DNA of 32,000 nucleotides from Vibrio vulnificus CMCP6 (GTDB lineage: Bacteria; Pseudomonadota; Gammaproteobacteria; Enterobacterales; Vibrionaceae), in contig NC_004460.2 of assembly GCF_000039765.1 (NCBI RefSeq), forward strand, positions 1,230,001 through 1,262,000, read 5' to 3'. The notes under the pieces were generated by a model. It was given only the letters and a program-made list of their open reading frames with translations, did no database searches and was not told the origin of the DNA. Numbering within the stretch: the first letter of the stretch is position 1; each line of letters begins with the position of its first letter. Positions 1 through 9,832 of this stretch are shown piece after piece. The position numbers and the translations under genes are program-made.

Positions 1-170
1 GATTGGGGGATCAACTGGTCGATGGCTTCTCGCCATTCGGTGCTATCAGGGATCGCATTGTTCAATCGCTGCAAGGTTTTACGACACTCAATTCGCAGCC
101 CATACAGCTCTTCATCCCACGCATTGTAAGGCTCTCCAGCCAACATTTTTTGCTTTTCAGTTCTGTTCAT
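1..170 (-). CDS. Maltose/galactoside O-acetyltransferase family protein, N-terminal part. The gene runs off the left edge of the window.
   Basis: The reverse strand from the ATG (complement of 168-170) reads MNRTEKQKMLAGEPYNAWDEELYGLRIECRKTLQRLNNAIPDSTEWREAIDQLIPQ. This resembles the N-terminal Mac domain of E. coli Maa (MSTEKEKMIAGELY...). A GGAAG Shine-Dalgarno-like motif lies just upstream. It is absent from the ORF track because it is under 60 aa within the window. Confidence 0.6.
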   Translation of the reverse strand, partial: MNRTEKQKMLAGEPYNAWDEELYGLRIECRKTLQRLNNAIPDSTEWREAIDQLIPQ

Positions 171-594
171 TTCGCGTCTTCCAACGTTCACTACGGGCAT
201 TTTCTGCTGCGCACTATCGCACATTTCCCCTCCTGAAATGAGGAGAATCTCGCCCTAAAGAGAAGAGTCGGGTGCCCAGTCACGCTTTGCGCAATGGCGA
301 CGTAAGCAGGCTGTTACCTTTCATCCAAGAGGCAAATAGTCCGTGCAAATATCGCCGTGACAAGAATGAATGGAGAGTTATTGCAACCGCCCTCTTCCTG
401 CTGTCCGAGCCATTTACACTGTAAAACCAGCGGCCGTTCAGCTTGCCTTCTCACAACTGACACTTTGATTCAAAAAAAGCAAACGAATGAAAATTGGCGA
501 ATTTTTTGCGTGTTACTTCACGGTAATGTCACGGCAATTTCGTAGTGTGAGGGCTTCTGTCCCCCAACATTTGGCGCAAGCCTAAGGAAGAAAA

Positions 595-1680
595 ATGAAG
601 AAGAATCTGCTTGCCATTGCGCTGTGCAGTGTGATTGCCGTACCGATGAGTACATGGGCCGCGCAAACCACAGTGAAACCTTCGGTTGAATACGCGCAGC
701 TGGTCACTCAGCGACAAGTGGTTGATCAACTGCTGCACGATGCCGTGGTGGCGTTTAAGTCTCCAGCACGTGTATCTCATGCCGGTTTCACGGCAAAAAT
801 GCCAAGCAATATGGAAATCGTCACCGATCGATTGCTCGAAGCGTACCAGCTAGAACCGTATCGCACCGATTTGCTGATTTCTGCCGCCAACGCGCAGATC
901 TACAACAAGAATGTCGATAAAGCGATTGAACTGTTTCAACAGGCGCTGAGCGTTGCCCCCGATGATGTCGATTTGCACACCTACCTTGCGGTATGGCAAA
1001 AATTCAAGGGCAACGAGCAAGCGTATCAGCAGCATGTCACGGCACTGAATACGCTTAACCAAGGTCGAGCGGCGGATCTGCAACGCCTTCTGTCCACGGT
1101 GGATCGCATTCTTCAAACGCCCCTTAAAGAGAAAGCCACACGTCAGTTAGGCAGGAACGACGCCATTGTCACTTTGGGCTATGCCCTCAATCCCGATGGC
1201 TCGATGCACGATATTCTCATCGAGCGATTAGAAACCACGCTTACGATGGCTAAAGCCAATCCAGAAGCGCTTATCATCTTAACCGGTGGTGTGCCACAAA
1301 ATCACAAAACCGAAGGCAAGTTGATGGCCGATTGGTTGATTGAACGAGGCATTAGCGCGAATCGTATTATTGAAGAAAACTACGCCACCAGCACCGTGGA
1401 TAATGCCTTGTTCAGCGCCTACGCCTTAGCGCGTCACGGTGTAAAACACGCCACCATCATTAGCTCTGCCAGCCATGTACGCCGTGGCCAAACTCTGTTT
1501 GAAATCGCCACTTGGCAAACCGGCCCGCGCAATATCACGTTTGATACCGTGGCCTACCCAGACAAACCATTGAATGAGCTCAAACACGCCAGCAGTGGTG
1601 AGCTACTGGGTATTTACCGCGACGCACTACGCACCTTTGGCATGTGGAGCTACCGCTCTTCGCCACTGGAGTTCCGTTAA
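595..1680 (+). CDS. Secreted TPR-like + DUF218 (YdcF/ElyC/SanA-like) domain protein
   Basis: An AAGGAAG SD precedes the ATG. The N-terminal signal peptide is MKKNLLAIALCSVIAVPMSTWA. The C-terminal half (IVTLGYALNPDGS...LTGG...ENYATSTVDNA...SSASHVRRG) matches the DUF218 pattern. A rho-independent terminator follows. Confidence 0.75.
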   Translation: MKKNLLAIALCSVIAVPMSTWAAQTTVKPSVEYAQLVTQRQVVDQLLHDAVVAFKSPARVSHAGFTAKMPSNMEIVTDRLLEAYQLEPYRTDLLISAANAQIYNKNVDKAIELFQQALSVAPDDVDLHTYLAVWQKFKGNEQAYQQHVTALNTLNQGRAADLQRLLSTVDRILQTPLKEKATRQLGRNDAIVTLGYALNPDGSMHDILIERLETTLTMAKANPEALIILTGGVPQNHKTEGKLMADWLIERGISANRIIEENYATSTVDNALFSAYALARHGVKHATIISSASHVRRGQTLFEIATWQTGPRNITFDTVAYPDKPLNELKHASSGELLGIYRDALRTFGMWSYRSSPLEFR

Positions 1681-1685
1681 TCTTG

Positions 1686-1720
1686 GTAAGGGGCATCGCC
1701 CCTTACTTTCCTTCTTTTTC
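1686..1720 (+). terminator. Rho-independent terminator of the DUF218 gene
   Basis: A 9-bp GC-rich stem (GTAAGGGGC / GCCCCTTAC) with a 3-nt loop, followed by a T-rich run (TTTCCTTCTTTTTC). Confidence 0.7.
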
Positions 1721-1875
1721 TTCTTTGTCTCAGATACTCATCAAATTGCACTTTCAATTGCTTACAAAAGCAGCAAAAAGTAAGCCCTAGTAAGCATCTC
1801 AATACTTGTTCATTCATTGTGGTTATGATTCCAGCAAATTAATTGCACATTGTTTTATTAAGGATGGGAACTGGA

Positions 1876-3585
1876 ATGAACAACACTCGACTGACTCTTC
1901 TCGCGCTGTCTATCGGCGTCATCGCAGGCTGCAACTCAGGAAGCAGCTCACACTCAGGTTCGGGAGGCCAAGTTGACAGCAAAGGCGTTTACCGCTCAGT
2001 TTGCCAAGAAAATTTGGGCAGCAGTGATAAAGGGCTCACCTTCACCGTCGAAGGTTCGGTTGCCAAACTGACCGGTATTGTGTGCAGTGGCTCACCTGCC
2101 GCCTTTGAGCGAATGATGAAAGAGAACCCGCAGGTCAAAACACTCAACTTCGTCACCGTTGGCGGCTCAATCAACGACGATGCCAATCTAGAGCTGGCTT
2201 ATAAAGTGCGCAATAAGCGACTGGACTCTCTTATCAACAGCAATGGCCTTATCGCCTCTGGGGGAACCGATCTGTTTATCGCTGGTGTTCAACGCACCAT
2301 CGAAACGGGCGCGAAAATCGGTGTTCACTCTTGGGCAACCGAAGGCGACGATGGCAAAGAGATACAAGGGGCCGATTTACCGAAAGACCACCCCGATCAC
2401 CAAAGCTATATTCGCTACTACCGAGCAATGGAGCTCGCTCAACCGTCCGAGTTCTATTTCTTCACCTTAGAAAAAGCCCCTTCTGACGGGATGCACTACA
2501 TGACTGAAGCCGAATTAACCACTTATCAGGTGGGAAGCGTGACAACCAAACCCGATTCTGGCCTCAGCAGCGCGATCGATCGCCAAATGTTTCAACAAAT
2601 CGCACAAGCGTACGAGCTGATCGACGAGCAAAACCTCTGGCCAAACTACGCCACCTATTACAAAACCATGCCTCAGTATCTGCTGCGTGTTGATGCCAGT
2701 GAATCCCCCATCAGCGCTTTTATTCTCAATCCGCCAACATTGGCAAACAGCATGCAACCACTGGGCAGCGTAGAGAGCGCCAACTTAAGAGCTTATAGAG
2801 ATGACAGCAACATGCATCTTGCTCAAGACAAACTCAAAGCAGGCAATGGCATCTATGACTTTGATTACGCGTTTCAAGGTGGAAAATTCTATCTGCAGCA
2901 GGTGAGTGACAACGACATGAACAGCGATATTTCTCCGGTTAACAGCACTATCGGGCTCAATGTTCATGAGAACTTTCATCAATATCAGTTCACGTATTTT
3001 CAGCGCCCGGCATCCTACATTCAGGATTTGGCCAACTACCCAGTGAACCAACCATTGATCGAACTAAAACTGCTGACGTTAGCGTTGTTTAGCGATCTCC
3101 CCGCCACGCTGACCGATGAGCAGCTGCTTGGCAAACTGGTGCAATACGTCGCGCTGACTGAAAAACAAATCGCCATCGACCCTTCTGCGGCTAAACTGGT
3201 CCGTCATATGGGGCTTGGCCAAGAATTGTATGAAGGCAGTGCATACTACGTGGAAACGCTACTCAGCCGTGAAATGTTTGGCGATGAACATCACTTTCCC
3301 TTCGTCCACCCAAGCATGCTAACCAGAAGCTACGCCAATGCGAAAGAAGTACGCGATGACTTTGGCTTTGGCGTGTTCTACCACACAGGTGCGAGCGCCA
3401 TTTGGCTGCTGCACTCACTGGGTTACGATTTGGCTGAGTTTGAAAAGGGCGTCTACCCGTTTGATGCGGCAAAGAAAATGGTCGGCAATGAGATCGACAT
3501 GGAGCAAGTGGTGGCTGCCATGTACGCCGACCCAGACAATAAAGCGCTGCTACAGCGTGCAAGAACCATTGCTGACTTGCTGTAA
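1876..3585 (+). CDS. Lipoprotein of unknown function with an HExxH motif; possible metallopeptidase
   Basis: The ATG at 1876 gives MNNTRLTLLALSIGVIAGC, a signal peptide with an IAGC lipobox, and has a GGGAA SD about 6 nt upstream. The track start at 1843 is a non-ATG extension. HENFH is encoded at 2965-2979, and a downstream EGSAYYVE could supply a third zinc ligand. The N-terminal third (VGGSINDD...ASGGTDLFIAG..R....GAKIGVHSW) resembles ClpP-like periplasmic COG3904-type domains; this is a pattern-level call only. Confidence 0.65.
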   Translation: MNNTRLTLLALSIGVIAGCNSGSSSHSGSGGQVDSKGVYRSVCQENLGSSDKGLTFTVEGSVAKLTGIVCSGSPAAFERMMKENPQVKTLNFVTVGGSINDDANLELAYKVRNKRLDSLINSNGLIASGGTDLFIAGVQRTIETGAKIGVHSWATEGDDGKEIQGADLPKDHPDHQSYIRYYRAMELAQPSEFYFFTLEKAPSDGMHYMTEAELTTYQVGSVTTKPDSGLSSAIDRQMFQQIAQAYELIDEQNLWPNYATYYKTMPQYLLRVDASESPISAFILNPPTLANSMQPLGSVESANLRAYRDDSNMHLAQDKLKAGNGIYDFDYAFQGGKFYLQQVSDNDMNSDISPVNSTIGLNVHENFHQYQFTYFQRPASYIQDLANYPVNQPLIELKLLTLALFSDLPATLTDEQLLGKLVQYVALTEKQIAIDPSAAKLVRHMGLGQELYEGSAYYVETLLSREMFGDEHHFPFVHPSMLTRSYANAKEVRDDFGFGVFYHTGASAIWLLHSLGYDLAEFEKGVYPFDAAKKMVGNEIDMEQVVAAMYADPDNKALLQRARTIADLL

Positions 3586-3630
3586 GCCTTTCTGCTGTCA
3601 CGGTCTTGCATAAGATCATGGCCAATAAGC

Positions 3631-3661
3631 AAAAAGCCAGAATATCGATTCTGGCTTTTTT
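3631..3661. terminator. Bidirectional rho-independent terminator between convergent genes
   Basis: A perfect 9-bp stem (AGCCAGAAT / ATTCTGGCT) with a 4-nt loop. It has an A-run on the left and a T-run on the right, so it can terminate both the lipoprotein gene (+) and the methyltransferase gene (-). Confidence 0.75.
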
Positions 3662-3681
3662 ATGACGGGTCAATCGCTAGG

Positions 3682-4929
3682 TTATTCTGCGATGCGCTCT
3701 AAACGCGCTAAGTAGAAACCATCAAAGCCGGAGTTGGCTGGGGTGATGTTTTCATCATCGATCAAACGGAAATGCGGGTTCGCCGCTAAGAACGCATCCA
3801 CCTGACCACGGTTTTCACACGGCATGATGGAGCACGTTGCGTAAACCAACATGCCACCCACTTTCACCATACGGCTGTAGCTAGCCAAAATGTGGGCTTG
3901 CAGCTCCATCAATACTGGCAAACGCTCTTCGGTGTCACGCCATTTGGCATCTGGGTTACGTTTGAGAACGCCAAGGCCTGAACACGGCACATCGAGCAAC
4001 ACGCGATCCGCCGATAGCTTCAAACGCTTGATGGTTTTGCTGCTGGTGATCAAACGGGTTTCAACGTTATGTGCACCAGCACGACGCGCGCGCTCTTTGA
4101 GGTTGTTAAGCTTCCACTCTTCAACATCCATCGCCAGCAAACGGCCTTTACCTGCCATCATCGCGGCCAAGTGCAAGGTTTTGCCCCCTGCGCCCGCACA
4201 CGCATCGATCACGCGCATGCCCGGTTTTACCTCCAATGCCGCCGCGACTTTTTGCGAGCCAGCATCTTGCTGCTCAAACCAACCGTCGGCAAAAGATTGC
4301 GTCTTAAATAGGGCTGAGTTTGACGTCACTTCCAACGCACTTTCCACACCGTCAACAGGTACGGTGCTCACGCCTTCTTTGTTCAAACGTTTGGCAAGAT
4401 CATCACGGTCACACTTGAGTAAGTTAACGCGTAAGTAACGCTTAGCCGGTTTCGCCAGTGCGCTACGCTCTGCTGCCCAAAGTTCACCAAGCTCTCGCTC
4501 ACCCAATACATCAAGCCACTCTGGACAACCATCCCACAGGGCGGGTTGCGCTTTGGCTTCTTCCATTTTTGCTTGGAAAAGATCGTCTTCAATCGCTTCT
4601 GCGTAATTGGTTTTTGGCAGCGCTAAGCCGTGGAATTTATGCCAAATGTGAATCAAACGCATGCTCTCGCGGCTGATGTTCGACGCATCGATATCGGCCA
4701 AAAAGCAGTATAGGTTGAGGCGACGCAGCAAATCACCAGTCACCATCGTAATACGTGCTTGCTCTGCGCTGATCAAATTCAACTCAGAGAAGTGGCGAGA
4801 ATAGGCTCTATCCAGAGGCGAACCTTCGTTCAACACCAAATCAAGAATGCTAAGAACCAGATTGGAAGAGGAAGGCGAAAGAGACGATTTGAGCATAAAA
4901 GCATCCAAAGAAGAGAAAAACCGCGACAT
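3682..4929 (-). CDS. RsmB/RsmF (NOL1/NOP2/Sun) family rRNA cytosine-C5 methyltransferase
   Basis: SAM-binding motif DACAGAGGKT, and the catalytic Cys motifs LDVPCSGLGVLKRNPD and YATCSIMPCEN. The start is uncertain: either ATG at 4929 (MSRFFSS...) or the TTG at 4956 used by the track. Confidence 0.85.
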   Translation of the reverse strand: MSRFFSSLDAFMLKSSLSPSSSNLVLSILDLVLNEGSPLDRAYSRHFSELNLISAEQARITMVTGDLLRRLNLYCFLADIDASNISRESMRLIHIWHKFHGLALPKTNYAEAIEDDLFQAKMEEAKAQPALWDGCPEWLDVLGERELGELWAAERSALAKPAKRYLRVNLLKCDRDDLAKRLNKEGVSTVPVDGVESALEVTSNSALFKTQSFADGWFEQQDAGSQKVAAALEVKPGMRVIDACAGAGGKTLHLAAMMAGKGRLLAMDVEEWKLNNLKERARRAGAHNVETRLITSSKTIKRLKLSADRVLLDVPCSGLGVLKRNPDAKWRDTEERLPVLMELQAHILASYSRMVKVGGMLVYATCSIMPCENRGQVDAFLAANPHFRLIDDENITPANSGFDGFYLARLERIAE

Positions 4930-5068
4930 GATAGGAGTTATTGTCGGGTCTAGCAAGCGAGGCGCACACCATCGCAGCTAACTTGCTGATTTCGCAAGGC
5001 ACGATGGTTCACAAGATTATTAAGCAATGCACTGCTTGCTCAGGGTGAGCGCAATGAATGGCGCTGAG

Positions 5069-5917
5069 CTACAAAATCTGCCGAATATCAGAGGAGATGT
5101 CGCTGATCATCTGCCTAGCGCTCTCATCACGCAGTTGCACCAAAATGATAAACAGCAAATCGGTGATGACGTTTTGCGCGCTACGTGAAGCAATCGCCGA
5201 GCTGCGATGCTCGGTTTCATCGGCGATGGTGTCGAAGGTCATATCGGCAATTTGGCGCAACCGGCTTTTTTTCGGTGAGCTGAGCGCAATCACTTTCGCC
5301 CCCTGCTCTTTGGCCGCTTCGGCCGCCACCAAGATCTCTTTGCGCTCTCCTGAAAACGAGATGGCAATTTGCACATCTTGTTCGCTCAAAGTGCGCGCCA
5401 CCGCGATCTGCACATGGCTGTCTTGCTCAGCCAAGGTGGTGATGCCCAATTTAAGCAGCTTATAACTGAGGTCTTTCGCCGTTAACGCCGAACCCCCAAT
5501 ACCGACGATCTGCACTCGCCTTGCCTCACTTAACCACTGCACCGCCTGATGACACGCTTCATAAGAGAGCGCATTGGTGGTTTGAAACATCGCGTCGGTT
5601 TTGGCTTTAATCAGCTTTTGCGCAATCACCGCCAGCGGATCATCGGCCAAAATATCGCTGTGCAACGGCGTGGCCTGCATCGCTTGTTTGCGGCCAATTT
5701 CCTCCGTCAGGGCGAGCTTAAACGCGCTGTAACCTTTAAAGCCGAGTCGCTGAGTAAACTTGACGATACTCGATTGGCTCACTTGTGCCTGCTCTGCCAG
5801 CTCTTGACTGGTCAATTGCGCCGCTTTTTCTGCGTTTTCTACAATCCAATCGCCAATCACTCGGCCACTTTGCGACAACTGAGTTCGTCTTGCGACGATT
5901 TTATTGATAACAGACAC
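5069..5917 (-). CDS. murR: RpiR-family transcriptional regulator (HTH_6 + SIS domains); MurR-like repressor of the adjacent murQP operon
   Basis: It has an N-terminal RpiR HTH (TSQELAEQAQVSQSSIVKFTQRLGFKGYSAFK) and a SIS domain (VQIVGIGGSALTAKD). It lies divergent to murQ, as in E. coli. I place the start at the GTG at 5917 because GAGG sits 6 nt upstream; the longer track ORF to 5986 has no SD. Confidence 0.85.
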   Translation of the reverse strand: MSVINKIVARRTQLSQSGRVIGDWIVENAEKAAQLTSQELAEQAQVSQSSIVKFTQRLGFKGYSAFKLALTEEIGRKQAMQATPLHSDILADDPLAVIAQKLIKAKTDAMFQTTNALSYEACHQAVQWLSEARRVQIVGIGGSALTAKDLSYKLLKLGITTLAEQDSHVQIAVARTLSEQDVQIAISFSGERKEILVAAEAAKEQGAKVIALSSPKKSRLRQIADMTFDTIADETEHRSSAIASRSAQNVITDLLFIILVQLRDESARQMISDISSDIRQIL

Positions 5918-6078
5918 AGTAAACCTCAAAAAAAGTTTAAATAAATTATTCCAAACAAGAAATAAAAACCGAAAACCACAAACCATTAATTAAAAGCAAT
6001 TTTTCTTTCAATTGCGGTTATTTTCGCGCTTTGCTTAGACCCATTATTCCAGAGTTCATCTGCCTAAAGAATAACCTT

Positions 6079-6100
6079 AAGTGTGATTTTTATCACCAAA
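6079..6100 (+). promoter_or_regulatory. Candidate CRP (cAMP receptor protein) site of a class II promoter for murQ-murP
   Basis: The sequence aagTGTGAttttttaTCACCaaa-type site reads TGTGA-N6-TCACC at 6082-6097, matching 9 of 10 core positions of TGTGA-N6-TCACA. A TAGAAT -10 hexamer lies at 6119-6124. That places the site centre about 41.5 bp upstream of the predicted transcription start. CRP dependence of murQP is established in E. coli. Confidence 0.55.
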
Positions 6101-6154
6101 ACTGAATATTTTATTCCATAGAATCGCCCTCAGTTCAAAACCTATTATCGAGAA

Positions 6155-7066
6155 ATGTCCGTCATGAAAATTGATTTAAGCCGTTTGGTTACAGAAAGCC
6201 GCAACCCAGCCAGTGCAGAGATTGATACCCTGTCCACCGTCGAGATGCTCAGAGTCATCAATCAAGAAGATCAGAAAGTCGCACTGGCGGTAGAAGCGGT
6301 TTTGCCGCACATCGCCCAAGCGGTGGATGCCATCACGCATGCGTTTGCCCACGGTGGCCGTTTAATTTACATGGGTGCAGGTACCTCGGGTCGCTTAGGC
6401 ATTCTTGATGCCAGTGAGTGCCCACCCACTTACGGCACACCGGCAGAGCTCGTGGTTGGCCTGATTGCGGGTGGCCACACCGCCATTCTAAAAGCGGTGG
6501 AAAATGCCGAAGACAACCGAGAGCTAGCACAAAACGATCTCAAATCACTCAACCTAACGGCCAACGATGTGGTGGTCGGCATTGCCGCAAGCGGACGCAC
6601 ACCTTATGTGTTGGGCGGTTTGGAATACGCCACCTTGATTGGCGCAACGACGGTGTCGATCGCCTGCAATCCGGTTTGCCCAATGGCCGATGCGGCGCAA
6701 ATCGCCATTTTGCCCGTGGTGGGCCCAGAAGTGGTCACAGGCTCTTCTCGCATGAAAGCAGGCACGGCGCAAAAACTGGTGCTCAACATGCTGACCTCTG
6801 GCGCGATGATCCGCAGTGGCAAAGTGTTTGGCAACTTGATGGTGGATGTGGAAGCGACCAACGCCAAGCTGATCCAACGCCAAACCAACATAGTGGTGGA
6901 AGCCACTGGCGTGTGCGCAGAAGAAGCAGAAGAAGCCCTAAAGGCCTGCGATCGCCACTGCAAAACCGCGATTTTAATGATTCTTTCTGGCCTGGATGCC
7001 GAGCAAGCCAAAACAAAACTACAACAGCACAACGGTTTTATCCGCGCTGCGCTGAACGACAAGTAA
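6155..7066 (+). CDS. murQ: N-acetylmuramic acid 6-phosphate etherase
   Basis: Near-collinear similarity to E. coli MurQ as I recall it: [79 protein letters not shown]. An alternative start is the ATG at 6164. Confidence 0.93.
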   Translation: MSVMKIDLSRLVTESRNPASAEIDTLSTVEMLRVINQEDQKVALAVEAVLPHIAQAVDAITHAFAHGGRLIYMGAGTSGRLGILDASECPPTYGTPAELVVGLIAGGHTAILKAVENAEDNRELAQNDLKSLNLTANDVVVGIAASGRTPYVLGGLEYATLIGATTVSIACNPVCPMADAAQIAILPVVGPEVVTGSSRMKAGTAQKLVLNMLTSGAMIRSGKVFGNLMVDVEATNAKLIQRQTNIVVEATGVCAEEAEEALKACDRHCKTAILMILSGLDAEQAKTKLQQHNGFIRAALNDK

Positions 7067-7091
7067 CCATTGAGGTTTCAAGGAGACCGTT

Positions 7092-8552
7092 ATGGCAAAG
7101 ATAACCCAAACAATGATCTCGCAGCTGCTGGCTGCGGTGGGTGGCAGCAGTAATGTCAGCAAATGTGGCAACTGCATGACCCGACTTCGCTTGACGCTGG
7201 CCAACAATGGCGTAGCGGATCAAGCCGTGATTAAGCAAATCCCCGGCGTCATGGGCGTGGTGGAAAGCGATGAGCAATTTCAAATCATCCTTGGCCCCGG
7301 CAAAGCGCAGCAAGCGGCGGAACTGATGAACAAGCTGATTGAAAGCGTCATCAATGGCGATGTGCAAGAACAGGCTATTGCCAGCGACACGAACGATCTC
7401 TCCAGCGTCGCCGCTGAGCAGAAAAAGCAAATGAAGAGCAAACAGACCAGCGCGGTGCAACGCTTTTTGAGCAAGTTTGCCACCATTTTCACCCCGCTGA
7501 TCCCCGGTTTTATTGCCGCTGGTTTGCTGCTTGGTTTTGCTACGCTGCTTGAGCAAATGTTCGTGCTGGAACAAACCCCAAGCCAATTTATGCTCGATCT
7601 GATCGCTTACATGAAAGTGTTTGGCAAAGGGCTGTTTGCCTTCCTGAGCATCTTGATTGGTTACAACGCGCAGCAAGCCTTTGGTGGCTCTGGCGTGAAC
7701 GGCGCGATTCTCGCGTCACTCTTTGTGCTGGGCTACAACCCTGATGCGACCTCTGGCATCTACTCGGGCATGAGTGAGTTCTTTGGCTACACCATTGACC
7801 CGCGAGGCAACATTATCGGCGTGCTGCTGGCGGCGATCATTGGTGCGCAAGTGGAACGCAAAGTTCGTGAATACATGCCCGATGATCTCGACATGATTCT
7901 TACCTCAGTGGTCACACTGCTGATCATGGGTGTGATCACGTTTGTGGTGATCATGCCTATCGGTGGCGAGCTGTTCAAAGGCATGTCTTGGCTGTTCTTG
8001 AACCTCAACGACAACCCGCTGGGCGCAGCGATTCTTGCTGGTCTGTTTTTGATTTCGGTGGTGTTTGGTATCCACCAAGGCTTTGTGCCTGTCTATTTTG
8101 CGCTGATGGAAGCACAAGGTTTTAACTCTCTGTTCCCAATTCTGGCGATGGCGGGTGGCGGCCAAGTGGGGGCTTCACTGGCACTGTATTTCAAAGCGAA
8201 GAAAGACGCGGTACTGCGCACGCAAGTGAAAGGGGCAATCATTCCGGGCATTCTCGGCATCGGTGAGCCACTGATTTACGGCGTCACCCTACCACGCGTC
8301 AAACCGTTTGTGACGGCCTGTATTGGTGGCGCGGCGGGCGGCTTCTTCATCGGCTTGGTTTCCTACCTTGGCTTACCTGTCGGTTTGAATACCGTGTTTG
8401 GCCCTTCTGGTATCGTGGCGATCCCACTGATGACATCGCACAGCGGCATCTTCGCAGGCATGGCGGTCTTCGTGGTTGGCCTGCTCATCTCCTACGTGGT
8501 CGGCTTCCTCGCCACTTACTTCTTTGGCAGCAAAGACGTCGATTTAAGCTGA
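7092..8552 (+). CDS. murP: PTS N-acetylmuramic acid-specific EIIBC component
   Basis: The EIIB motif [10 protein letters not shown] contains the phospho-Cys and is followed by a polytopic EIIC domain. The gene lies immediately downstream of murQ, with a GGAG SD before the ATG. Confidence 0.9.
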   Translation: MAKITQTMISQLLAAVGGSSNVSKCGNCMTRLRLTLANNGVADQAVIKQIPGVMGVVESDEQFQIILGPGKAQQAAELMNKLIESVINGDVQEQAIASDTNDLSSVAAEQKKQMKSKQTSAVQRFLSKFATIFTPLIPGFIAAGLLLGFATLLEQMFVLEQTPSQFMLDLIAYMKVFGKGLFAFLSILIGYNAQQAFGGSGVNGAILASLFVLGYNPDATSGIYSGMSEFFGYTIDPRGNIIGVLLAAIIGAQVERKVREYMPDDLDMILTSVVTLLIMGVITFVVIMPIGGELFKGMSWLFLNLNDNPLGAAILAGLFLISVVFGIHQGFVPVYFALMEAQGFNSLFPILAMAGGGQVGASLALYFKAKKDAVLRTQVKGAIIPGILGIGEPLIYGVTLPRVKPFVTACIGGAAGGFFIGLVSYLGLPVGLNTVFGPSGIVAIPLMTSHSGIFAGMAVFVVGLLISYVVGFLATYFFGSKDVDLS

Positions 8553-8584
8553 TTCATTCTTCCCCCTATAGGAATGAACTGGCC

Positions 8585-8608
8585 GCGCCTTTGAGCACTC
8601 AAGGGCGC
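8585..8608 (+). terminator. Strong hairpin downstream of murP; possible terminator or attenuator without a T-run
   Basis: GCGCCTTTGA gcac TCAAGGGCGC forms a 10-bp stem with one G-T wobble. No poly-T follows, so its function is uncertain. Confidence 0.35.
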
Positions 8609-8718
8609 ACTCCTTAACCCAACCCTACAGACACCGCTTTTAGGATTTCGAACCATCGGAAGGGGCGCTGCTGTGTCTAAAAAAACGGAAAACTTCCCAT
8701 CTCATTGAGGTTATGAAA

Positions 8719-9777
8719 ATGAAAAAAACGCTTCTCTCTGTGCTACTTCCTGCGGCATTTATCTCCAACACCGTTTTGGCGGCAGAAATTTATCAAGCAG
8801 AGGATGGCTCAACGGTCGATCTCTATTCTCGTTTGGGCTTCAACATCACCAACAAAAACAATACGCATGGCGATGGCAAAGGCGAGTTTGATGGCCGTAT
8901 TGGCCTGAGTGGTTCGCAAACCATTAACGAGCATGCGTCGGTGATCGGCATGGCGCAGTATCAAGTTGGCGCGGCAGAATACGCCAACCAAGTGAACGAC
9001 AAACCGGCTCTGACTGCGCGTTATGTGTGGGCGGGGATTGATGCCAAAGAGTATGGCCGTATCACGGGTGGCCGTGTGTCGTCGGGCTTGATCATGTTCA
9101 CTGACATTGGCGATGTGTTTGCTTCTTCCGATGTTTCGATGGCGCGCCAAGCCAACAAAGTGGACAAAACCGCCACTCAGGTTTTCCGTCAAGACGGCAC
9201 ACTGCAATACCAAAATCAGTTCGGCAATCTTGATGTTTCTGCCGCTTACATTCTGGGCAACAACACTTCCGAGCTCGATTACGGCTACAACGCCGCGCTG
9301 CGTTACACCATCGACATGGGGGACTTTGGCCGCCTAGCGCCAGTGGTGGCGATGCAGAAAAACAAAGGTGACGCACGTGAAGGCAACGACACCGATTACA
9401 CTTTTTGGGGTGTCGGCACACGTTATTACTTGGGTGATGTGATGCTCGGGGCGCTCTATTCTGAAGATGAACTGCAAGGCTTCTACACACAAACCAGTAC
9501 CGATAAAGTGACGGAGCTGACGGCGGTGTATAACCTTAGCGACAAATGGGCGCTGCGTGCGGGTTATCGCTCATTGCAAAACAGCGGCGGCGACGAGCTA
9601 GAACTGAGCGATACCACCTTAGAAGTGCAATACAAGTTGACCGCTCGTTCCTCCATTTACACCAGCTATGTGGATCGCAACGGCGAGCGCGGCTACAACA
9701 GCGGCCAAGAGACTTCCTTTGGGGGAGCGCATGCCGATGAAAGCTACTACCACTTCGGCTTACGTTACGAGCTGTAG
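8719..9777 (+). CDS. General-porin-family outer-membrane protein; possibly dedicated to MurNAc or muropeptide uptake
   Basis: Signal peptide MKKTLLSVLLPAAFISNTVLA-AEIY. The body has the alternating beta-strand pattern typical of Gram-negative porins (GFNIT, RIGLSG, LQYQNQFG, YHFGLRYEL). GAGG lies 8 nt before the ATG at 8719; the track start at 8713 is too close to the SD. Confidence 0.8.
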   Translation: MKKTLLSVLLPAAFISNTVLAAEIYQAEDGSTVDLYSRLGFNITNKNNTHGDGKGEFDGRIGLSGSQTINEHASVIGMAQYQVGAAEYANQVNDKPALTARYVWAGIDAKEYGRITGGRVSSGLIMFTDIGDVFASSDVSMARQANKVDKTATQVFRQDGTLQYQNQFGNLDVSAAYILGNNTSELDYGYNAALRYTIDMGDFGRLAPVVAMQKNKGDAREGNDTDYTFWGVGTRYYLGDVMLGALYSEDELQGFYTQTSTDKVTELTAVYNLSDKWALRAGYRSLQNSGGDELELSDTTLEVQYKLTARSSIYTSYVDRNGERGYNSGQETSFGGAHADESYYHFGLRYEL

Positions 9778-9786
9778 GTAACTTTA

Positions 9787-9817
9787 CCCGCTAGGCTAAG
9801 CGGCCTAGCGGGCTTTT
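9787..9817 (+). terminator. Rho-independent terminator of the porin gene
   Basis: A CCCGCTAGG / CCTAGCGGG stem followed by CTTTT. Confidence 0.7.
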
Positions 9818-9832
9818 ACTTTAAGTAAGCAC

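Noticed and set aside
3-236. A 77-aa plus-strand ORF at the left edge of the window.
   Set aside because: The opposite strand encodes a recognisable Maa-type acetyltransferase N-terminus with an SD, and the plus-strand product has no features.
357-545. A 62-aa ORF and a possible riboswitch or sRNA in the 424-bp divergent intergenic region (171-594).
   Set aside because: There is no SD and no recognisable family. I compared the region by eye with GEMM-I and other riboswitch consensus sequences I remember and found no convincing match. Only weak 5-bp hairpins are present.
8643-8660. A tRNA T-arm-like string (minus strand GGTTCGAAATCC) between murP and the porin gene, which could have marked a tRNA fragment or att site.
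   Set aside because: The flanking bases do not form a T-stem. No acceptor or anticodon arm can be drawn, and an extra A disrupts the loop.
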